Source: an uncultured Clostridia bacterium
GTDB lineage: Bacteria > Bacillota > Clostridia > TANB77 > CAG-508
Reading direction: 5' to 3'
Length of the DNA: 63,159 bases
Assembly (NCBI GenBank): GCA_934122125.1
Contig: CAKOVW010000001.1
Coordinates: forward strand, 1-63,159
The translations under genes were made by a program, and so were the position numbers. Under the pieces are notes generated by a model. It saw only the letters and a list, made by a program, of their open reading frames with translations. It was not told the DNA's origin and searched no databases. Within the stretch, counting starts at the first letter, position 1; every line of letters begins with the position of its first letter. This document shows positions 9,787 through 19,307 of the stretch, in pieces.

Positions 9787-10647
9787 ATGCAAAAAGGAAT
9801 AATTATTTGTACTAGTTCAAATGTATATCAAGTAGTAGAAAATGGAAAAGTATATAAATGCTTAGCAAGAGGAAAATTTAAAAAAGAAAAAATTAGTCCT
9901 TTAGTTGGAGATGAGGTAGAATTTACTATTACTAACCTAGAAAAACAAGAGGGTGTAGTAGAGCAAATTCTTCCTCGCAAAAACGAGTTGAAAAGACCTA
10001 AAATGTCCAATTTAACTCAGCTTATTTTAGTAGTGTCTATGAAAATGCCAAGCCCAGATTTGTTACTGTTAGACAAGCAGTTGGTATTTGCAGAATTTAT
10101 GGGTCTAAAAGCAACTATTGTTTTGAATAAAGTGGATTTGGAAGATAAAGAATTAGTAGATAAAATTGCTAGGTTGTATGAAAATATAGGATATAAAGTA
10201 ATTAAAACAAATGCAAAAAAGAAAACAGGAATAAATGAAATAAAATCTTTGCTTGAAAATGAAACTACAGCATTTGCAGGAAATTCTGGAGTAGGAAAAT
10301 CTACGCTGATAAATTCTATATTTGAACAAGTATTAACACAAGAAGGAGATATTAGCGATAAAAATCAAAGAGGTAAAAATACTACTACAAGTACTACCTT
10401 GTACAAATATAAGGAAAATTCATATATAGCAGATACACCAGGATTTTCAACGTTTGAAATAAATGAAATTCCTAAAGAAGATCTAAGTCATTATTTTGTA
10501 GAATTTGTTCCTTATTTAGATAAATGTGAATTCCAAGGTTGTAGTCATATAAAAGAAGAAAATTGTGGAGTAAAAGAGGCTTTGAACTCTGGCAAAATTT
10601 CTTTACAAAGATATGAGAACTATGTAAAGATTTATAAAAGAGTTTAA
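9787..10647 (+). CDS. rsgA: ribosome small-subunit biogenesis GTPase RsgA
   Basis: Circularly permuted GTPase motifs (LNKVDL then GNSGVGKSTLIN) and the Zn motif CEFQGCSHIKEENCGV. Confidence 0.9.
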   Translation: MQKGIIICTSSNVYQVVENGKVYKCLARGKFKKEKISPLVGDEVEFTITNLEKQEGVVEQILPRKNELKRPKMSNLTQLILVVSMKMPSPDLLLLDKQLVFAEFMGLKATIVLNKVDLEDKELVDKIARLYENIGYKVIKTNAKKKTGINEIKSLLENETTAFAGNSGVGKSTLINSIFEQVLTQEGDISDKNQRGKNTTTSTTLYKYKENSYIADTPGFSTFEINEIPKEDLSHYFVEFVPYLDKCEFQGCSHIKEENCGVKEALNSGKISLQRYENYVKIYKRV

Positions 10648-10709
10648 CTAAAAATATTATATTAATACCCTAAATAATTTAAAATAAATTGATGGAAAGG
10701 GAAAGAAAA

Positions 10710-11369
10710 ATGGTAGAAGTATCAGTTTCAATATTAAATGTAAAAAATGATGATGCAATTCAAACATTATACAATTTAGAAACTTCAGGAATAAACTACT
10801 TTCATATAGATGTAATGGATGGAAAATTTGTAAAAAACGATACAACAAATAAAATGCTTGAATTTAGTGAATACCTAAATCAAATTTCAAACTTACCATT
10901 AGATGTTCATTTGATGGTAGAAGACGTAGAAAGTTATATAAAGAGCTTTGCGATATTTGAACCTAATATTATAACTTTTCACTTGGAAGCTGCAAAGAGT
11001 AAAGAAGAGGTAATTAGGTGGATTAAACTATTAAATGAGAATAATATAAGAGTTGGAATTTCAATAAAACCAAATACAAAAATAGAGGAAATCTATGAAT
11101 ATTTACCATTTGTACATCTAGTATTAGTAATGACAGTAGAACCAGGAGAGGGTGGACAAAAGTTATTACCAGAAACAATAGAAAAAATAAAAGAATTAAA
11201 AAAATATATTGATGAAAACAGTTTGGAAGTAGACATTGAAGCTGATGGCGGAATAAATCCTCAAAATGCTAAAAATGTAAGAGAAGCAGGAGCAAATATA
11301 TTAGTTGCAGGTAGTGCAATTATTAATGCTGAAAATTATAAGGAAGTTGTAAATAAGCTAAAACAATAA
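10710..11369 (+). CDS. rpe: ribulose-phosphate 3-epimerase
   Basis: HIDVMDGKFV, DVHLMV, MTVEPG and GGIN motifs. I chose the ATG at 10710 downstream of the purine-rich GGAAAGGGAAAG. Confidence 0.9.
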   Translation: MVEVSVSILNVKNDDAIQTLYNLETSGINYFHIDVMDGKFVKNDTTNKMLEFSEYLNQISNLPLDVHLMVEDVESYIKSFAIFEPNIITFHLEAAKSKEEVIRWIKLLNENNIRVGISIKPNTKIEEIYEYLPFVHLVLVMTVEPGEGGQKLLPETIEKIKELKKYIDENSLEVDIEADGGINPQNAKNVREAGANILVAGSAIINAENYKEVVNKLKQ

Positions 11370-11388
11370 AAGGCAGTAATGCCTTTTT
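11367..11388 (+). terminator. intrinsic terminator after rpe
   Basis: AAAAGGCA, loop GTAA, TGCCTTTT, followed by TT. Confidence 0.6.
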
Positions 11389-11411
11389 TCTCTGTTTTAA
11401 GTAATGAAATG

Positions 11412-11440
11412 TTGAAAAATAGGCAATAATATGTTATTAT
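11412..11440 (+). promoter_or_regulatory. promoter with overlapping 6-3-6 palindrome (possible metalloregulator operator)
   Basis: TTGAAA (11412-11417), 17-nt spacer, TATTAT (11435-11440) preceded by TG. The palindrome ATAATA-TGT-TATTAT at 11426-11440 overlaps the -10 element. Confidence 0.35.
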
Positions 11441-11476
11441 AATACCATAATATCAATAGGTTGAGAGGTAAATAAC

Positions 11477-12367
11477 TTGAATAAAAAAATTTCTATAATA
11501 ATTTTAATAATAGTGGTTGCATTAGCATTAGCTATTTGGGCAACATATAGTAAGCCTGAAAAGGTAGAGGATAGCAAATTAAAAATAGTAACATCATTTT
11601 ATCCTATTTATATCATGACATCAAATTTAACAAAAAATGTACCAGATATAGAACTGGTAAACATGACAGAAGCAAATGTTGGTTGCTTACATGATTACAC
11701 AATTTCTACAACTGACATGAAAAAGATAGAAAAGGCTGATATATATATTCAAAATGGGTTAGGATTAGAGAGCTTTATAGATAAAATTATTTTAGCATAT
11801 CCAGAATTAAAAATAATAGACAGTAGTGTTGATATATCAAATAAAATACAAGATGAAAATGAAATAAACCCACATATTTGGACAAGCATGGAAAACTATA
11901 TAAAGCAAGTACAGACAATATGCCAAAAACTATGTGAATATGATGGTAAGAATGCTGAAGCATACAAAGCAAATTGCGAAAGCTATGTACAAAAAATAGA
12001 TGTAGAAGAGCAAAAATATAAAGAAAAACTTCAAAAACTAAATGGAGAAAAGGCTATTTGCTTAAATGAAGGGCTAGAATATTTATTAAAAGAATTAGGA
12101 ATGCAAGTAACACAAGTGGAAACTAACCATGAAGAAAGTACAATGTCAGCAGATACGTTAAAAAACTTGATTACAAAAATGAAAAATGAAAACATACAAA
12201 TAATTGTAGTTGATAAAGACGACAATACAAAAAATGCTGAAACATTAGCAAATGAAACAGGAGCAAAAATATATAAATTAGATTCAGGACTAACAGGAGA
12301 AATAACTAGCAGTGCATATATAGACAAGTTAGAGGCAAATTTTTTAGTTTTAGAATCTATGGTATAG
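11477..12367 (+). CDS. metal (Zn/Mn-type) ABC transporter substrate-binding protein, cluster A-I (TroA/ZnuA-like)
   Basis: TTG start after GAGAGG, an N-terminal signal anchor, a TroA-like pattern (VTSFYPIY, NPHIWTS), and cognate ATPase and permease genes downstream. Confidence 0.8.
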   Translation: MNKKISIIILIIVVALALAIWATYSKPEKVEDSKLKIVTSFYPIYIMTSNLTKNVPDIELVNMTEANVGCLHDYTISTTDMKKIEKADIYIQNGLGLESFIDKIILAYPELKIIDSSVDISNKIQDENEINPHIWTSMENYIKQVQTICQKLCEYDGKNAEAYKANCESYVQKIDVEEQKYKEKLQKLNGEKAICLNEGLEYLLKELGMQVTQVETNHEESTMSADTLKNLITKMKNENIQIIVVDKDDNTKNAETLANETGAKIYKLDSGLTGEITSSAYIDKLEANFLVLESMV

Positions 12368-12382
12368 AATAGGGGTAAAAAA

Positions 12383-13114
12383 ATGAACGGAAAAGGAGCA
12401 TGTGGTTTACACTGCACAAAAATAAACAATATAAGTGTAAAATTTGGAAAAGAGCAAGTATTAAAAAATGTAAATATTCATGTGCATTGTGGAGAATTAA
12501 CTGTAATAATAGGCAGAAATGGTGCTGGAAAATCTACACTATTAAAAGCTATATTAGGTGAAATTGAACATAATGGAACTATAAGTTTTGTAGACATGAA
12601 AGATAATATTGCAAAAAGAATAAAAATAGGTTATGTACCACAAAACATAAATATAGAAAAACACATGCCAACAACAGTATATGACTTATTTGCATCATGT
12701 ATTTGCCATATACCAGTCTTTTTGAAAAAGGACAAGAAAATATACAATGAAATAAAAGAACAGCTAAAAATATTTGGCGCAGAAAAATTAATAGATAAAA
12801 GTATAGGAGATTTATCAGGAGGAGAACTACAAAGAGTATTACTAGCAATAGCAACAAAACCAACACCAAATCTATTAATACTAGATGAGCCAGTATCAGG
12901 AATTGATAAGAATGGAACAGAGGATTTTTATGAATTAGTAAATGAACTAAAAACAAAATATGATATGTCAATTTTGCTAGTATCACACGATTTAGACTTG
13001 GTGAAAAAATATGCAGATAGAGTAATTTTACTTGATAAGCAAGTGGTAAAAGAAGGTTCACCAGAGGAGGTATTTGCAAGTTTGGAATTCAAGAGTTATT
13101 TTGGAGAAATATAA
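12383..13114 (+). CDS. metal ABC transporter ATP-binding protein
   Basis: Walker A GRNGAGKST, signature LSGGELQR, Walker B LILDEP. Confidence 0.85.
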   Translation: MNGKGACGLHCTKINNISVKFGKEQVLKNVNIHVHCGELTVIIGRNGAGKSTLLKAILGEIEHNGTISFVDMKDNIAKRIKIGYVPQNINIEKHMPTTVYDLFASCICHIPVFLKKDKKIYNEIKEQLKIFGAEKLIDKSIGDLSGGELQRVLLAIATKPTPNLLILDEPVSGIDKNGTEDFYELVNELKTKYDMSILLVSHDLDLVKKYADRVILLDKQVVKEGSPEEVFASLEFKSYFGEI

Positions 13115-13129
13115 GGAGATGAAAATATA

Positions 13130-13972
13130 ATGGAGGCAATATATAGTATATTAGAAGCACTAATACCATTTGAATTTATTGATTATGCATTTATGAAAAA
13201 TGCACTAATAGCAATTATTTTAGTAACGCCAATATTCGCAATTTTAGGAACTATGATAGTAAATAACAAGATGGCATTTTTCTCAGATGCACTAGGACAT
13301 TCGGCATTAACAGGAATTGCACTAGGAATGGTTTTAGGAATATCAAATATGAATATTTCAATGATATTATTTGCTGTAATATTTGCATTGCTGCTAAACT
13401 ATGTAAAAAATAAAACAAACTATGGAGCTGATACAATAATAAGTGTATTTTCATCAATAGCAATAGCACTAGGACTTGCAATGTTAGCACAAAGTGGCAA
13501 CTTTAATAAGTATTCAAGCTATTTAGTCGGAGATATATTAAGTATTAGTAACACAGAAATATTATATTTGTTTTTAGCATTTATTGCTGTAATTGCATTT
13601 TGGTACTTAATGTTTAATAAATTAAATGTAACGAGTATAAACACAACATTGGCAAGAAGTAGGGGAGTAAATACAAAAACAATTGATAATATATTTGCAG
13701 TGTTAATTGCTATAATTGTAATGATTTCAATTAGATTTATAGGTATTTTATTAATAAACTCATTACTTATATTACCAGCGGCATCTAGTAGAAATGTAGC
13801 CAAAAATATGAGAACATATCATTTGTTTGCTGTAATATTTTCATTGTTTTCAGGAATTACAGGCTTAATTATTTCATATTATTGGAACATACCAACAGGT
13901 CCGATGATTGTACTAATATCAGGTTTGATATATTTCATAACATTTGGATTAAAAAAGAGGATAAAAGAATAA
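13130..13972 (+). CDS. metal ABC transporter permease (ABC-3 / ZnuB-like)
   Basis: Polytopic 280-aa protein with the FFSDALGHSALTGIALG motif typical of the ABC-3 family. Confidence 0.85.
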   Translation: MEAIYSILEALIPFEFIDYAFMKNALIAIILVTPIFAILGTMIVNNKMAFFSDALGHSALTGIALGMVLGISNMNISMILFAVIFALLLNYVKNKTNYGADTIISVFSSIAIALGLAMLAQSGNFNKYSSYLVGDILSISNTEILYLFLAFIAVIAFWYLMFNKLNVTSINTTLARSRGVNTKTIDNIFAVLIAIIVMISIRFIGILLINSLLILPAASSRNVAKNMRTYHLFAVIFSLFSGITGLIISYYWNIPTGPMIVLISGLIYFITFGLKKRIKE

Positions 13973-13975
13973 AAG

Positions 13976-14003
13976 AAAAACTGAAGTTGCACTTCAGTTT
14001 TTT
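13976..14003. terminator. bidirectional intrinsic terminator
   Basis: CTGAAGT, loop TGC, ACTTCAG, flanked by an A-run and a T-run, between convergent genes. Confidence 0.7.
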
Positions 14004-14005
14004 CT

Positions 14006-14716
14006 TTACAAACCTAATATTTTCTTGGCTCTTGATACGTCTTCAGGAGTAGCAGGAGGAACACCGTCAAGTTCATATTTTAATCCTAATTCTTCCCATT
14101 TAAAACGTCCTAAGTCATGATAAGGAAGAATTTCAACCTTTTGAACAGAACTTAAACTATGTATAAAATCCTTTAATTTAAGCAAATCTTCTTCTTTATC
14201 TGTAATTCCAGGAACTAATACTTGTCTAATCCACATTGGCTTATTCATACTACTTAAATATTCTGCAAAAGCCAATTCTTTTTTATTAGAAACGCTAGTT
14301 AAATACTTGCAAACATCATCATTTATACATTTTATATCCAATAAGAATAAATCTGCTAAATCAATTATTTGCTTCATTTTATCTGTTATATCAAAATTTC
14401 CAGCAGTGTCAATAGCAGTATGAATTCCATTAGCCTTTAAAGCAGTTAACAATTCTATTAAAAAATCTTGTTGAACTAATGGCTCACCACCACTAATTGT
14501 AACGCCTCCACCAGAAGGTACAAAATAGCTTTTGTACCTTTCGATTTTGGCTAATAATTCTGGAACAGTATATTCCATACCGCCACATACATCCCAAGTA
14601 TCTCTGTTTTGGCAGAATTTACACTGTAAATTGCATCCTTGCATGAAAATTACGAACCTTATACCAGGTCCATCAACTGTTCCAAAAGATTCAAATGAGT
14701 GTATTCTACCTTTCAT
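14006..14716 (-). CDS. pflA: pyruvate formate-lyase activating enzyme (radical SAM)
   Basis: CNLQCKFCQN cluster motif and GGGVTISGGEP. It sits immediately downstream of pflB. Confidence 0.95.
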   Translation of the reverse strand: MKGRIHSFESFGTVDGPGIRFVIFMQGCNLQCKFCQNRDTWDVCGGMEYTVPELLAKIERYKSYFVPSGGGVTISGGEPLVQQDFLIELLTALKANGIHTAIDTAGNFDITDKMKQIIDLADLFLLDIKCINDDVCKYLTSVSNKKELAFAEYLSSMNKPMWIRQVLVPGITDKEEDLLKLKDFIHSLSSVQKVEILPYHDLGRFKWEELGLKYELDGVPPATPEDVSRAKKILGL

Positions 14717-14725
14717 TATTTCCTC

Positions 14726-16969
14726 CTAAATTTTCTTGTGTATTGTTCTATGAATTACTTCTAATTGTTGTTCTTTAGTTAATTTTATAAAGTTAACAGC
14801 ATATCCAGAAACACGAATTGTTAATTGTGGATATTTCTCAGGGTGATCCATTGCATCAAGCAATAAATCTCTATCAAATACGTTAACATTTATATGATGT
14901 CCTGTTTGAATAAAGAAACCATCTAACATACTTACTAAATTATTTACCTTTGTATCTTCATCTTTTCCAAGAGTAGCAGGAGAGATAGAAAATGTATAGG
15001 AAATACCATCTTCAGAATATTCATAAGGAAGTTTAGCAATTGTATTCATAACAGCTAAAGCTCCATTTACATCTCTTCCATGTAGTGGGTTAGCACCAGG
15101 TCCAAATGGTTCACCATCTCTTCTTCCATCAGGAGTATTACCAGTATTTTTACCATATACTACATTTGATGTAATAGTTAAAACTGATAATGTAGCTCTT
15201 GAATTCTTGTAAGTATGATGTTTTTCTAACTTTTTCATAAATGATTTTACTATATTAACTGCAATCTCATCGACTCTATCGTCGTCATTTCCGTATTTAG
15301 GAAAATCACCTTCAACTTGATAATCAACAGCTAATCCAGTTTCATCTCTAATTACCTTAACTTTTGCATATTTTATTGCAGATAAAGAATCAGCAACAAC
15401 TGATAAACCAGCTATACCACAAGCCATTGTTCTTAAAATGTCTCTTTCTTTATCATGTAAAGCCATTTCTAATGCTTCATAAGAATATTTATCATGCATA
15501 TAATGAATCATATTTAAAGCTTTAATATATGTTTTAGCTAAATATTCCATCATATTATCAAATTTTCTCATAACTTCATCATAATCTAAATATTCTGAAG
15601 TAATAGGTGCAAATTCTGGAGTAACTTGTTTTCCAGATTTCTCATCTCTACCACCATTTATAGCATATAGAAGTGCTTTAGCTAAGTTTGCTCTTGCACC
15701 AAAGAATAGCATTTGTTTACCAATTTTCATAGCAGATACACAGCATGCAATACCATAATCATCACCTAAAGTAACTCTCATTAAATCATCATTTTCATAT
15801 TGAATAGATGATGTTTTAATAGAAATATCAGCACAGAACTTTTTAAATCCTTCTGGTAAATTTTTAGACCACAATACAGTTAAGTTTGGTTCTGGAGCAG
15901 GTCCTAAGTTTACTAATGTGTGTAGTATTCTAAAAGAGTTTTTGGTTACTAATGTTCTTCCATCAATACCCATACCACCAATACTCTCGGTTACCCAAAC
16001 AGGGTCACCTGTAAATAAAGAGTTGTATTCAGGAGTTCTTAAGAAACGAACTAATCTTAATTTAATAACAAATTGGTCAATTAATTCTTGAGCTTGTTCT
16101 TCTGTTAAAGTACCATTTTTTATATCTCTTTCAATATATATATCCAAGAATGTAGATGTTCTACCTAAACTCATAGCAGCACCATTTTGATCTTTAACAG
16201 CAGCTAAATATCCAAAGTATAACCATTGGATTGCTTCCTTTGCAGTTGTTGCAGGTTCTGATATGTCAAAACCATAGCCTAAAGCCATTGCTTTTAATTC
16301 GTTTAATGCAGCAATTTGATCATGCATTTCTTCTCTTTGACGAATTAATTCATCAGTCATTTCATCAGAATCTAATAAAGCAAATTCTTCTTGTTTTTCT
16401 TTAATTAAAACATCAACACCATATAAAGCAACTCTTCTGTAATCACCAATAATTCTTCCACGACCATATCCATCAGGAAGTCCTGTAATTAAGTGAGAAC
16501 TTCTAGCAGCTCTAATTTCTGGTGTATATACAGCAAAAACACCGTCATTATGTGTTCTTCTTAAGTTGTGATAAATATATTCAATATTTTCATCAACTTT
16601 ATAGCCATAACTTTCGCAAGATTTTTCTACTATTCTAATACCACCATTTGGCATAATTGCTCTTTTTAGTGGTGCATCAGTTTGAAGCCCAACTATTTCT
16701 TCTAGCTCTTTATTTATATAGCCAGGAGCATAGGCATTTATTCCAGATGGAGTTTTAACGTCAACATCTAAAACATCTCCATTTTCTCTTTCTTGTTTGT
16801 ATAAGTCTGTAACATTATTCCATAGCTTTTTAGTTTTTTCTGTTGCACCTGATAAAAAGCTATCATCACCCTCATAAGGTGTATAATTTGCTTGAATAAA
16901 ACCTCTAACGTCTATCTCTTTAGTCCATTCACCTTGTTTATTAAATCCTTCCCATTGTTTAAATTCCAT
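14726..16969 (-). CDS. pflB: formate C-acetyltransferase (pyruvate formate-lyase)
   Basis: Glycyl-radical motif RVSGYAV and active-site CCVS. The start is set at the ATG at 16969 (MEFKQWEGF), preceded by AGGAGG; the track's 26 extra codons have no RBS. Confidence 0.95.
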   Translation of the reverse strand: MEFKQWEGFNKQGEWTKEIDVRGFIQANYTPYEGDDSFLSGATEKTKKLWNNVTDLYKQERENGDVLDVDVKTPSGINAYAPGYINKELEEIVGLQTDAPLKRAIMPNGGIRIVEKSCESYGYKVDENIEYIYHNLRRTHNDGVFAVYTPEIRAARSSHLITGLPDGYGRGRIIGDYRRVALYGVDVLIKEKQEEFALLDSDEMTDELIRQREEMHDQIAALNELKAMALGYGFDISEPATTAKEAIQWLYFGYLAAVKDQNGAAMSLGRTSTFLDIYIERDIKNGTLTEEQAQELIDQFVIKLRLVRFLRTPEYNSLFTGDPVWVTESIGGMGIDGRTLVTKNSFRILHTLVNLGPAPEPNLTVLWSKNLPEGFKKFCADISIKTSSIQYENDDLMRVTLGDDYGIACCVSAMKIGKQMLFFGARANLAKALLYAINGGRDEKSGKQVTPEFAPITSEYLDYDEVMRKFDNMMEYLAKTYIKALNMIHYMHDKYSYEALEMALHDKERDILRTMACGIAGLSVVADSLSAIKYAKVKVIRDETGLAVDYQVEGDFPKYGNDDDRVDEIAVNIVKSFMKKLEKHHTYKNSRATLSVLTITSNVVYGKNTGNTPDGRRDGEPFGPGANPLHGRDVNGALAVMNTIAKLPYEYSEDGISYTFSISPATLGKDEDTKVNNLVSMLDGFFIQTGHHINVNVFDRDLLLDAMDHPEKYPQLTIRVSGYAVNFIKLTKEQQLEVIHRTIHKKI

Positions 16970-17005
16970 AAAAATACCTCCTTGTAAAATAATTTTGCAC
17001 ATATT

Positions 17006-17034
17006 ATTATAATATAATAGAATATCTTTATCAA
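17006..17034 (-). promoter_or_regulatory. sigma-A-type promoter for pflB
   Basis: On the minus strand: TTGATA (17034-17029), 17-nt spacer, TATAAT (17011-17006). Confidence 0.45.
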
Positions 17035-17043
17035 CATTTTTTG

Positions 17044-17082
17044 ACAAAAAAATAAAAGCAAGATAAAAAAATCTCTTGCTTT
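17044..17082 (-). terminator. intrinsic terminator after the XRE regulator gene
   Basis: 10-bp stem AAAGCAAGAT/ATCTTGCTTT (17055-17064 and 17071-17082) followed on the minus strand by TATTTTTTTG. Confidence 0.55.
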
Positions 17083-17106
17083 TAGTATGGTTTAAAACCT
17101 TAAAAA

Positions 17107-17433
17107 TTATTCTTTTTCACTAATGACTTTAGCTATTTTATAAATTAATTTTTGTTTGTCACTAGATACTGAGTTTAAAATTTCATTAAATTCAGTAGTT
17201 AAATAATTATTTGAATTACTAGAAACACCATTTAATATAGAACCTTCAGAAACTCCTAAAATTTCACAAATTTGAGATAATCTTTTTAAATTAATATGAG
17301 AACTGCCTCTTTCAATTCTACTTAAAAATGCAATTGAAACATCTAATTGTTCAGCTAACTTTTCTTGAGTCATATTCTTTTCAATTCTAGCTTTCTTTAA
17401 TCTTTCACCAATAATATTATAATCAAGTGCCAT
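17107..17433 (-). CDS. XRE-family helix-turn-helix transcriptional regulator
   Basis: HTH_3 pattern: [46 protein letters not shown]. Confidence 0.8.
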   Translation of the reverse strand: MALDYNIIGERLKKARIEKNMTQEKLAEQLDVSIAFLSRIERGSSHINLKRLSQICEILGVSEGSILNGVSSNSNNYLTTEFNEILNSVSSDKQKLIYKIAKVISEKE

Positions 17434-17788
17434 TATTACATCTCCTCCATAACCTATTTATAAGTAATATATAGCATTTAATCGACAAACTTAACAGATA
17501 CCTAAGAGTTAATGTTAACAACAAAATGTGAAAATGCTTTATATTAACTAATATGGTATTATGCGAAAAAAACAAAAAAATATGTAAAAAGTAAATTTTC
17601 ACTTAATTTATTAAAAAATAATTTTTTCTCTTGTTTTATTTTTACTTATGTGCTAAAATACAAATGGCTTGAAAAAGTCTAAATGAATTTAATTATTTTG
17701 TAAATACTATTCCTTCTTGATATTGATATTAGAAAGGTTTTATATGTCAAAATATTAAATATCAAAAATTAACAAGGAGGGAAATACA

Positions 17789-17956
17789 ATGGCAGACAAA
17801 ACTTTAACATGTAAAGATTGTGGTGCTGAATTTGTTTTCACAGAAGGTGAACAACAATTCTATGCTGAAAAAGGTTTCACAAATGAACCTCAAAGATGCC
17901 CAGAATGCAGAAAAGCAAGAAAAGCACAAAGAAGAAACAACAATTTCAATAACTAA
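17789..17956 (+). CDS. small zinc-ribbon protein (CxxC...CxxC), 55 aa, below the ORF-track cutoff
   Basis: ATG at 17789, 8 nt after AAGGAGGG. Translates to MADKTLTCKDCGAEFVFTEGEQQFYAEKGFTNEPQRCPECRKARKAQRRNNNFNN, with TAA at 17954 and a terminator directly after. Confidence 0.7.
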   Translation: MADKTLTCKDCGAEFVFTEGEQQFYAEKGFTNEPQRCPECRKARKAQRRNNNFNN

Positions 17957-17961
17957 GAAAC

Positions 17962-17995
17962 AAAAAAATCTCCTAGTAAACTAGGAGATTTTTTC
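17962..17995. terminator. bidirectional intrinsic terminator
   Basis: AAATCTCCTAG, loop TAAA, CTAGGAGATTT, flanked by an A-run and a T-run. It overlaps the spoIIID stop codon. Confidence 0.7.
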
Positions 17996-18241
17996 ATGAC
18001 TATACTTTAATTTAGTAGCCATACCGCCACGAATATGTCTTTCAGCTTTATTTTCATCTAATATTTTTCTTACTTGATGAGCTAAACTAGGGTTTATCTT
18101 AAGTAATCTTTCACTAACATCTTTATGAACAGTACTTTTACTAATGCCAAACTTTTTGGCTGCACCTCTAACTGTATCTTTTGAATCTATAATATAATGA
18201 GCCAAAATAATAGCTCGCTCCTCAATTGAAACTCCAACCAT
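17981..18241 (-). CDS. spoIIID: sporulation transcriptional regulator SpoIIID
   Basis: FGISKSTVHKDVSERL..INP..A..V..IL..NK..RHIRGG.ATKLKY matches B. subtilis SpoIIID. The start is the ATG at 18241 (MVGVSIEER) after GGGGG. Confidence 0.9.
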   Translation of the reverse strand: MVGVSIEERAIILAHYIIDSKDTVRGAAKKFGISKSTVHKDVSERLLKINPSLAHQVRKILDENKAERHIRGGMATKLKYSHEKIS

Positions 18242-18401
18242 AAAGAAAACCCCCATAAGAATACTTTTGTTTAATTGTATTCGCATGGAGGTCTTATTAT
18301 GAATAAAAACTTTCTTAATAAAAGATTAATAAAAGACTACTAGTTTTATTAATAAATTAGTGGTAAAATATTATAGAAAAATAATGAAAGGGAGATTTTT
18401 T

Positions 18402-19307
18402 ATGGCACAAACAATATTAAAATGTAAAGACCTACGTAAAAAAATAGGTAAAAAAGAAATACTAAAAGGTGTTTCTTTAGAAATTAGCGAAGGTGATATT
18501 TTAGGCTTTATAGGTCCAAATGGGGCAGGAAAGACTACAACAATCAAGTTAATATTAGGGCTTCAAGGAATTACAAGTGGAGAAGTTAGCATAAATGGGT
18601 ATGACATAAAAAAGAACTTTACTAAAGCTATAGCAAAAGTAGGAGCAATTATTGAAAATCCTGATTTATACATGTATCTAACTGGATATGAAAATTTAAA
18701 GTTAGTATCAAATATGTATAAAGATATTACAAAAGAAAGAATAATGGAAGTTGTAAAATTAGTAAAATTAGAAAACCGTATAAATGACAAAGTATCTAAA
18801 TACTCATTAGGTATGAGGCAAAGATTAGGAGTGGCACAAGCAATACTACATAATCCTAATTTATTAGTTTTAGATGAGCCAACAAATGGATTAGATCCAG
18901 AGGGAATAAAAGAGATGAGGGATCTTCTAAAGGTTTTAGCAAAACAAGGAATGGCAATATTTATTTCAAGCCATAACTTAGCCGAGATGGAAACACTTTG
19001 TAGTAAAATTTGTATTATTCAAAATGGAGAAGTAGTTGAAACTAATGATATTTCTAAAATAAAATCTACAAGTCAAACACATTATAGAATAATAGTAAAC
19101 AATACAGAAAAAATAGCAGAGATAATATCAGAACCAACTGAAATAAAAGGAAAAGAAGAATTTGTGTTATCAGCTGAGAGAGAAAAAGTACCAGAGGTGG
19201 TAAAAAAATTAGTTCAAAATGATATTAAAATTTATGAAATAAATGAAGAAAAATTATCATTAGAAGATGCATTCTTAAAAAAGACAGGAGGTAATACAAT
19301 TGATTAG
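18402..19307 (+). CDS. ABC transporter ATP-binding protein
   Basis: GPNGAGKTT, LSLGMRQRL and LVLDEP motifs. The start is the ATG at 18402 after AAGGGAGA. Confidence 0.9.
   Translation: MAQTILKCKDLRKKIGKKEILKGVSLEISEGDILGFIGPNGAGKTTTIKLILGLQGITSGEVSINGYDIKKNFTKAIAKVGAIIENPDLYMYLTGYENLKLVSNMYKDITKERIMEVVKLVKLENRINDKVSKYSLGMRQRLGVAQAILHNPNLLVLDEPTNGLDPEGIKEMRDLLKVLAKQGMAIFISSHNLAEMETLCSKICIIQNGEVVETNDISKIKSTSQTHYRIIVNNTEKIAEIISEPTEIKGKEEFVLSAEREKVPEVVKKLVQNDIKIYEINEEKLSLEDAFLKKTGGNTID

Noticed and set aside
16970-17047. N-terminal extensions in the ORF track. Examples are pflB to 17047, mutS2 to 42409, pheS from 35250, pheT from 36348, dapA to 33255, the arginase-like gene to 39908, spoIIID to 18286 and infC from 27073.
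   Set aside because: Conserved protein N-termini begin at internal starts preceded by good Shine-Dalgarno sequences. The extensions run through promoters, terminators or riboswitch leaders and have no RBS.
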